Source: Roseibacillus sp.
GTDB lineage: Bacteria; Verrucomicrobiota; Verrucomicrobiia; Verrucomicrobiales; Akkermansiaceae
Reading direction: 5' to 3'
Length of the DNA: 64,000 nucleotides
NCBI GenBank assembly: GCA_051251855.1
Contig: JBPOGI010000004.1
Location: 224,001-288,000 of the forward strand
A model generated the notes under the pieces. The model was given only the letters and a program-made list of their open reading frames with translations, was not told where the DNA came from and made no database searches. Below are positions 9,390 to 16,203 of the stretch, piece after piece. Made by a program: the position numbers and the translations under genes. Position 1 is the first letter of the stretch, and each line of letters starts with the position of its first letter.

Positions 9390-10136
9390 GTGAAACTTCT
9401 TTCCTCCTTCTTGAGCCTCCTTCTATTCGCCTGCTCGGCACCATCGCAAAGCAGCACAGCTAAGGTGAGCTTCAGCCAACTCAACATCAAGGCCATCGAA
9501 CTCATGCCCCGTGGAGGAGGTTACTCTGGTAGTGATGCCACAAAAAACAAGCTCCCCCTCGCCTGCACTATCGATCCCATCGGCCTCGTTTTTATTCCCC
9601 AAAAAGCTCAACCCAGTTTTTGTTCGGGAGCCACCTACCTTGTATTTCTTAAATCACTGCAAGCCTCCGAAAAGCTCTCCCCTCAAGTCACTCAGAAACT
9701 CGTTGTCTCTCAGGATCAAAAAGACGGACATGGCATTTTTGGCAGATGGAATGCCAACGGCCCCGGCTGTGCCAAGCTCGTCGCTGACCTTAGCTGCGGC
9801 ATCAACTTTACCGCTTGGAAAAAAGCCCAACCCGGCGACTTTCTTAAAATCTGGTGGACTGATCAGATCGGCGGCAAAGAACGTGGTCACCATGTCGTCT
9901 ACCTAAGCCATAACGAAGACTCGGTCACCTTCTGGTCCAGCAACCAACCCGGAGGCTACGGCGAGAAAACGGTTCCCCTGAGCAAGTGCAAGCGCGTCCT
10001 ATTCACCCGCATCACTTCCCCCAAGAAAATCAGTAACGTCACCAAGCTACCACCCAACGACCCCTGGCTCGAGCGTATGCTACGTGACGACTTCACCTGG
10101 GCCGAAATCGCCAAAAAGTGCCGAGTCCGCGACTAG
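9390..10136 (+). CDS. Hypothetical lipoprotein, possible Cys-His (NlpC/P60-like) hydrolase fold
   Basis: GTG start; lipobox LFAC; FCSGATY, PGDFLKIWW, GHHVVYL, FWSSNQ. Confidence 0.6.
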   Translation: MKLLSSFLSLLLFACSAPSQSSTAKVSFSQLNIKAIELMPRGGGYSGSDATKNKLPLACTIDPIGLVFIPQKAQPSFCSGATYLVFLKSLQASEKLSPQVTQKLVVSQDQKDGHGIFGRWNANGPGCAKLVADLSCGINFTAWKKAQPGDFLKIWWTDQIGGKERGHHVVYLSHNEDSVTFWSSNQPGGYGEKTVPLSKCKRVLFTRITSPKKISNVTKLPPNDPWLERMLRDDFTWAEIAKKCRVRD

Positions 10137-10237
10137 CCATCAGGATGGGTCGACCCCCTACTCATCTCTGCACCTCCTTTTCCTCTCGTCAGAAAATCCC
10201 TCTTTAAAAACGTCCTAATCCACTCCAAACTCCTCCT

Positions 10238-11251
10238 ATGGAAAAACGTCGTTTAGGAGAAAGTGGAGTCGTCGTCAGTGAAATCTGTCTCGGGACCATG
10301 ACCTTTGGCACTCAAGCTAACAAAGAAGAGAGTTTCCGCATCATGGACAAAGCCGTCGAAGCCGGAATTGACTTCTTCGACACCGCCGAACTTTACCCCG
10401 TCCCACCCACCGCCAAGCTCGCAGGCCTCACCGAAGAAATCGTCGGCGATTGGCTCAAGGACAAGCCACGCGACAGCATCATCATCGCCAGCAAAATCGC
10501 CGGCGCCGCCCACGGCTGGTTCAATCCTCCCGTTCGCCATGGCAAAGCAGCTCTTGATCGTGTCCACTTGCGTAAGGCCCTCGAAGGTTCTCTCCGTCGA
10601 CTCGGCACTGACTACATTGACCTCTACCAAATTCACTGGCCCGACCATGGGATGCGCCCCGAGGACACCCTCGAGGAACTCGACAACTTCGTGCGCGAAG
10701 GAAAAGTTCGCACCATCGGCCTCAGTAACGACGACAGCTATGGCGTCATGAAAGGTCTCTGGACAAGCGACACCCACGGCTTTGCGCGCTACGACACCGT
10801 CCAAAACAACTTCTCTCTTAATAACCGTCGCTCCGAAGATGAACTCGCTGAAGTCTGCCGCCGAGAGAAAGTTAGCCTCCTCCCCTACTCCCCACTCGCT
10901 GGTGGAGTCCTCACCGGAAAATACAACGACGGCGTTCCGGACGACGCCCGCTTCTCTGCCTATCTCAAAGCCGGACCTCGCCAAGCCGCCATGGCAGCCC
11001 GCTTCGTCAACGAGCGCTCCATCGAGAGCACCAAGCGCTTTATGGCCATCGGACAAGAAGCGGGCATCGACCCCACCACCCTCGCCACCGCCTGGAGCAA
11101 GCAGCACGACTTCGTTGCCTCCACCATTATCGGCGCGAGCAAGGCCGAACAACTTGACCCCATCCTAGCCGCTGCAGGGCTCGAACTCAGCCCAGAAGTT
11201 CTCGCCAAAATCGACGAAGTCAGCACCGAGATTCGCTACCCCATGGGCTAA
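10238..11251 (+). CDS. Aldo/keto reductase (Tas-like)
   Basis: [54 protein letters not shown]. Confidence 0.93.
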   Translation: MEKRRLGESGVVVSEICLGTMTFGTQANKEESFRIMDKAVEAGIDFFDTAELYPVPPTAKLAGLTEEIVGDWLKDKPRDSIIIASKIAGAAHGWFNPPVRHGKAALDRVHLRKALEGSLRRLGTDYIDLYQIHWPDHGMRPEDTLEELDNFVREGKVRTIGLSNDDSYGVMKGLWTSDTHGFARYDTVQNNFSLNNRRSEDELAEVCRREKVSLLPYSPLAGGVLTGKYNDGVPDDARFSAYLKAGPRQAAMAARFVNERSIESTKRFMAIGQEAGIDPTTLATAWSKQHDFVASTIIGASKAEQLDPILAAAGLELSPEVLAKIDEVSTEIRYPMG

Positions 11252-11270
11252 GATTCTCCCTTCACAAAAA

Positions 11271-13034
11271 TCACTCTGACTCCGAAACAGCGCTCACCTC
11301 AACGAGTGTGAACTTGTCGAGCTTAGGAATGGAGAGGAGGATCTTGCCTCCCTTGACGGTTACGGGCCCCACCTCGAATTCCTGCACATTCTGGTCGCTA
11401 CCATCCTTAGGACTGAGCTCTTTCGTGACCACTCGAGCAACGACTTGAGCGCCGTCAGGAAAACCCTCTCCTCGAAAATCGACCGGAGACTTTCCAGTAT
11501 GATAATGGCGCCCTGTCTGAATTGTCGCTGGAATCGTCAACTCAGCTCGCTCCAGCCCCGAAGCTCCACTGCCATAGAGAAGCACCGTAAATTTCTTCTG
11601 CGTCCGATTCCATGAAGAGACACGATAACGCTCACTCCCCGTGAAGCCCGCCCCGATGACCGCAATGTCATTTCCACGCTCGCCCGCGATGGCATGACGC
11701 ACCACCTCATCTTTACCTCCTGCAATTTGTGCATACCAACGCCAGACATAGTAGTGAAGATGATTTGGGTCCGCAGGATTCGTGTAGTTCTCGATCGTGA
11801 AATTTGGATTTCTTTCGTCCAGTTCTCTTAAAACAAAGTTCTTGTCCGTCCCTCCCAGCTGAAGCTTCTCCGTCACGACATCAGGTCCTCCGTCATTTGC
11901 TGGAATCACAATCTCGGGCTTAAGTTCCTTAATTCGACCATTGTAGTCCAGCCGCTTGGTGAGGCCCATCGCCCACGAACTCGAATTATCAGACCAAGGA
12001 AGATTGATAGTATTGAGACCACGCTGGAGACATTGCCCAATGATCGTGATTGATTTTTCGTAAGCATCGAGCTCGTTCTTCAACCCGTCCCCATTAACAT
12101 CATTGGCCACCCGACTGCCGTCCCAAGAAATCCACGACTCAGCCGACAGCACCGCCTTGTGATGGAGTCCAACCGCGTCGAGTTTACGACGAGCCATCTC
12201 GTAGTTCCCCCAAACAGAAGGAATCAGAGCACCGTCCATCCCTCCATAACCATCATTCTGATCCGACACGTTCAGATTGAGAGCGTCCACCGTCTCCATC
12301 AGCTCGGGAGTCGCAATCATGAAGTCATAGAACTGATCAATCGCCACCGCACCCACCCCCTCAAGGCCCCCAGCAGTGGGACACTTTCGACAAGGCGACA
12401 TCCCAGTCGTCGAGAGAATCACCGGAAGAGCAGGCTCGGTATCGTAGACCTTACGAATCGCTTTGGCACCGTTCAGGAGGAGTTCGTTGATACGAAAGTG
12501 AATATCGCCCTCCTTAACAAGACCTTCCAGATTAGCCTCATGAGCCAGCTGATAAGCATCGACCCGTCCTTTAAAGTGAGTGGCAATGCGCGTGCAAAAC
12601 TCCGGAAAAACCCCCACCCTGGGAGCGTAGCGGGATTCCCCCTTCTCAGTGGCCCAAGCCGGGCTACCAAAGAAAACGAACTCAACCTTTAAGCCTTCTC
12701 TTTGGCACGCATCGACCGCTCGGTCGATGGCCACTAAGCTACTGGAGGGACTATTAAGGTAATCACAATTCTCCGGATTTCGTTCGATGGCCTCCCAGCC
12801 AATCCAGAACTGAACATAGCTACTATCCTCCGCAATGACCGCCCGCGTCGAATCAAACTGATTATTCTCCGGACGCCCAGCAAAAGGCTGCCACCGCACC
12901 CCCACGTGCATGTGATCCATCGTCCAACGATAAGATGACTCCTCTTGAGCCTGCTCCAGCAAAGCCTCAGGTTCTTGCCCAAAAAGAGGAATAGAAAGTA
13001 GACAGAGAAGGAGCCGTTTCAAAGTGAAAGTCAC
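11271..13034 (-). CDS. Secreted putative glycoside hydrolase, clan GH-A-like, family unassigned
   Basis: Signal peptide; W.AIE..P, GSPAWA, FKGRVDAYQLAHEANL (candidate acid/base Glu), VLSAESW (candidate nucleophile Glu). Confidence 0.55.
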   Translation of the reverse strand: MTFTLKRLLLCLLSIPLFGQEPEALLEQAQEESSYRWTMDHMHVGVRWQPFAGRPENNQFDSTRAVIAEDSSYVQFWIGWEAIERNPENCDYLNSPSSSLVAIDRAVDACQREGLKVEFVFFGSPAWATEKGESRYAPRVGVFPEFCTRIATHFKGRVDAYQLAHEANLEGLVKEGDIHFRINELLLNGAKAIRKVYDTEPALPVILSTTGMSPCRKCPTAGGLEGVGAVAIDQFYDFMIATPELMETVDALNLNVSDQNDGYGGMDGALIPSVWGNYEMARRKLDAVGLHHKAVLSAESWISWDGSRVANDVNGDGLKNELDAYEKSITIIGQCLQRGLNTINLPWSDNSSSWAMGLTKRLDYNGRIKELKPEIVIPANDGGPDVVTEKLQLGGTDKNFVLRELDERNPNFTIENYTNPADPNHLHYYVWRWYAQIAGGKDEVVRHAIAGERGNDIAVIGAGFTGSERYRVSSWNRTQKKFTVLLYGSGASGLERAELTIPATIQTGRHYHTGKSPVDFRGEGFPDGAQVVARVVTKELSPKDGSDQNVQEFEVGPVTVKGGKILLSIPKLDKFTLVEVSAVSESE

Positions 13035-13187
13035 GCGGCCACCTTTAACAACCAGACTCTGATGAGAAGAGAAAAGTTCCTCCCTCCTATAAAATGAGGA
13101 AGCGAGTGCTAACCACTTCGGGGTCCTCTATTTTGGGGATATTCAGCCCTCGGCATCTGTGCCATCCTCCAAGATTCAACCCGTATC

Positions 13188-14003
13188 ATGAAACTATTCT
13201 CCCTCCTTCCCAATTCACTTCTGCTCGGATTCCTCACCTTTGGGAGCCCTCTCCATGGCGAGCTCCCTACCCTTGGAGAACCGTTGTTTGGAGTCTTCGC
13301 AAAAGCAGAAGAAAAAACCGTGGAAATCGTAGTAAATCAAAAGGGAGAGCTCATCATTTCTCCAATACTTAGGAATGGCTCTACCGCCCCCTATCGCAAA
13401 ATTCCAGTGCTCTTTGGCATCGAAGAAACCTTACCAAACGGCAAAATCCACGTCCGACCCATTCTTCCCGAAACCTTGGAATCCCCCCAACCCGCCACCG
13501 ACAAATTCAAAGAAGCCGTCATTACCGGAAAGATCGCGAGAGGAGTGGCCTTCGAACTCACCATTCAACAAAAACGCGGAGTTATCACTATTGGTGGAAA
13601 AATTACCGATCCAGGACCTTTGAAGGTAGAAAACCTTCGCTTCGTCGCTTCTCCTCAAATTCTCAACTTCTATGGCGCAGAAAAACTTCGATTGCAGGAT
13701 GATCCCAAGGCCTTCGAGGAACTGTTAGAGGAATCCTATGTGACCCTCAAGTGGACCGATGGCAAGCGTCACAAGTTCGGCTACATCGAAAGCCTCGGGG
13801 AAGAAAGCAGCGAGGTGAACGGCTCCGGCATTGCCGAAGTGGAAGCCAAGCTTCAAATCCTCGGCAACACCATCAACTTCACGGCCACCAAAGAATCATC
13901 CATCAAATTGCGAAACTTTGGCGCGCCCTATTTTCATTCCGGATTTTTCGTAGACTGGACTTCGCAGGACAACGACGCACAGCTCACTATCGAGGTCGAA
14001 TAG
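13188..14003 (+). CDS. Secreted hypothetical protein
   Basis: 271-aa ORF with signal-peptide-like N-terminus, filling the gap between neighbours; no motif recognised. Confidence 0.7.
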   Translation: MKLFSLLPNSLLLGFLTFGSPLHGELPTLGEPLFGVFAKAEEKTVEIVVNQKGELIISPILRNGSTAPYRKIPVLFGIEETLPNGKIHVRPILPETLESPQPATDKFKEAVITGKIARGVAFELTIQQKRGVITIGGKITDPGPLKVENLRFVASPQILNFYGAEKLRLQDDPKAFEELLEESYVTLKWTDGKRHKFGYIESLGEESSEVNGSGIAEVEAKLQILGNTINFTATKESSIKLRNFGAPYFHSGFFVDWTSQDNDAQLTIEVE

Positions 14004-14259
14004 CGATCAACTGAGCGTCACCGAACCCAGAATGAGAAAACGTCTCACGATACCATCGAATATCTCAGGTAGCGCACCCTTCCATCAACTCAACTTTTTA
14101 AGTTTTTAAGCAGTCAACCCAAGACCCTTGCTTTACCTCCTACAAAATGAGGATGGCGCTCTCTCTCGCATCAAGACCATAATTCTCAGGAAAGGTTGTT
14201 GAACCAGTCAGGACCCTCTTCCTTCTTCTTACCTCGCTAACCAAAACCACCAACTTAAA

Positions 14260-15684
14260 TTGAAAAAACTCAGCCCAACCTCCCTCGCCCTCCTTTATGG
14301 AGTCGCCTTCCCATCCATTGGCAGTGCTGCCACAGTCACAGTGCCAGGCGGTGCCAACACCACCTCGAACTACGAGCAAAATTGGAACAACGCCACCGTT
14401 ACTTCTGGGGGTTCCGGCAATCTTCTTCCAGCGGCTTCGGTTCCTGATAACGCAATCATTAACCAAGGCCGAACCGTTCAAGTGGACTCGGCCATCGATG
14501 TTGCAGCAGGAAATTTAGTCATAAACAACACCAACACCAGTGGCACGACCGCCACTTTGGAAATCAATTCCGGAGGTTCACTGACCAGCGGCACGACCAC
14601 TGTTTCCTCCAATGCTGATGCGGGTGTTTTGAATGTCCAAGGTGGCGCTTTGACGACCGGAGCATTGGATACACGACAGAATGGAACCACAACGGTCAGC
14701 TCGGGTAGCCTAGACTCAGCCTCCGTTCGGGTTCGAGGAAGTGGCGTCGCAGGGACGCCTGCCGGGGTCATGAATGTCACTGGTGGCACCGTCACCACGT
14801 CAGGGACTACGACTTTGGATTCAGGAGCCGAAGGCAACGGATCTCTGAACGTGAGTGGAGGCAGCTATTCCGCGGGAGGAGCGGTCACCGTGGACGGTTC
14901 GGTCAATGTGAGTGGTTCTGGGGCTCTTTCAGCTGGCACCAACAACATCAATGTCAATACGGGTGGCAGCGTCAATGTGAGTGGAGGCACCGTAACCAGC
15001 TCGGCGGCTTTGTCGCTGAACGGAGGTGACTTCAACGTCTCTGGCGGCACTGTAACGATGACCGATCCGATGCCTGGTGGTGGAGCAGGCTCCACCTATA
15101 ACGTGACCACAGCAGGAACAGGTTCACTCAACGTTACCGACGGAAGCTTCATCGTTGCTGGCGCTACGGCCGGATCGGATACCATTCAATTTGCTAACGA
15201 TTCTATCACCGTCAGCGGAGGAATATTTGATGCTTCTGGAGGTCAGGTGATTATGACCAGTAATGTGCAATTCAACGTCGTTGGCGATTCCGCCACCATT
15301 CAATTGGATCGCCTCAACCTCGCCCCAACGAGTCGTCAGGCAACCATCAACTTTGTCTTTGATGAGTCCGGTGTGAGCACCATCGAGAACGCTGCCTTCC
15401 TTTCGCTTTCTTCCGCCACCCTTCTCGTCGACGGTACCGACTACACGGGCGGAGTTGCTTCCCATGTGCTCTTCACTTCCAACAACCTCTCTACCACGAT
15501 CGACCCTGCCAATATCACCGTGACGGGTTTTGGAGTTGAGGGAGTGAACTGGGAAATCGTGCAAGACCAAACCACAACGGAAGACATCTTCTTCAACGTC
15601 TTGGCGGTTGTGCCGGAGCCATCCTCTGCTCTCCTCGCTCTCCTTGGTCTCACGGGTTTGACGCTTCGCCGTCGCCGGAACTAA
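14260..15684 (+). CDS. PEP-CTERM protein with Gly/Thr/Ser-rich beta-solenoid-type repeats
   Basis: TTG start, signal peptide, repeated (L/V)NVSGG units, C-terminal VPEPSSALLALLGLTGLTLRRRRN. Confidence 0.92.
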   Translation: MKKLSPTSLALLYGVAFPSIGSAATVTVPGGANTTSNYEQNWNNATVTSGGSGNLLPAASVPDNAIINQGRTVQVDSAIDVAAGNLVINNTNTSGTTATLEINSGGSLTSGTTTVSSNADAGVLNVQGGALTTGALDTRQNGTTTVSSGSLDSASVRVRGSGVAGTPAGVMNVTGGTVTTSGTTTLDSGAEGNGSLNVSGGSYSAGGAVTVDGSVNVSGSGALSAGTNNINVNTGGSVNVSGGTVTSSAALSLNGGDFNVSGGTVTMTDPMPGGGAGSTYNVTTAGTGSLNVTDGSFIVAGATAGSDTIQFANDSITVSGGIFDASGGQVIMTSNVQFNVVGDSATIQLDRLNLAPTSRQATINFVFDESGVSTIENAAFLSLSSATLLVDGTDYTGGVASHVLFTSNNLSTTIDPANITVTGFGVEGVNWEIVQDQTTTEDIFFNVLAVVPEPSSALLALLGLTGLTLRRRRN

Positions 15685-15708
15685 AGCTTCCCACTTTCCA
15701 GGCAATCC

Positions 15709-15742
15709 AAAAAATGTCGCTCCGAAAGGCGCGGCATTTTTT
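15709..15742 (+). terminator. Intrinsic terminator, likely bidirectional
   Basis: AAAAAATGTCGC-TCC-GAAA-GG-C-GCGGCATTTTTT just after the PEP-CTERM stop. Confidence 0.8.
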
Positions 15743-15802
15743 GTGTTCTTCGTCAGATAAGTTGATGATTCGCGGTTTATCCCCCAAAAAATATCTTCGG
15801 AC

Positions 15803-16092
15803 AGAAGGGTCGACTTCAGTGGAATGGCACTGTGTTAAGCCACCTTATCGTGTCGAGGGCAAGGAAATGGGAGCGTGGTCTTTCCAAGCCGCCACCTTGT
15901 ATTGCCGTCAATTGAGGGTAGGCCTGTTCGTTCCCGAATCCGCTGTTCTTGGGGTGATTCGTCGGCTCTCTTACTAGCGAGATCCTCCCCAGCGGCTAGA
16001 AAAGCCACTCTCCCGAGCCTGCGGCCACTGCTTTTGTAAGCTCCCGATTTTTCGCCTATTACAGTGCCATTCGACAGAACTCAACGCTCCCT
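15803..16092 (-). ncRNA. Candidate large structured non-coding RNA or repeat element, copy A (family unknown)
   Basis: Homologous to 45921-46275. Perfect 12-bp closing helix 15822-15833/16061-16072, extended outer helix and nested internal stems. G-U wobbles mostly favour the minus strand. Confidence 0.65.
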
Positions 16093-16145
16093 TCGATCCA
16101 GTGGTTTCCCCCATCAAGAATCACCAACCTATCTCACGATGATCC

Positions 16146-16174
16146 AAAAAGCGGCCCCGCAATCGCGAGGCCGC
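16146..16174 (-). terminator. Intrinsic terminator of the 16204-19191 gene
   Basis: On + strand AAAAA-GCGGCC-C-CGC-AATC-GCG-A-GGCCGC, i.e. a hairpin followed by a U-tract on the minus strand. Confidence 0.75.
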
Positions 16175-16203
16175 CTGTCGAAAAAGAGCCTATATACCCG
16201 AAA

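Noticed and set aside
15714..15977. 87-aa ORF overlapping structured element copy A
   Set aside because: It starts inside a terminator, and the frame is not preserved in copy B (5-nt and ~60-nt insertions).
15803..16092. RNase P RNA, tmRNA or cobalamin riboswitch identity for the repeated element
   Set aside because: The 3' GUGGCUUA is faintly RNase P-like, but GAGGAAAGUCC is absent. There are no tRNA-like ends or tag frame and no B12 box, and two diverged copies do not fit a single-copy housekeeping RNA.
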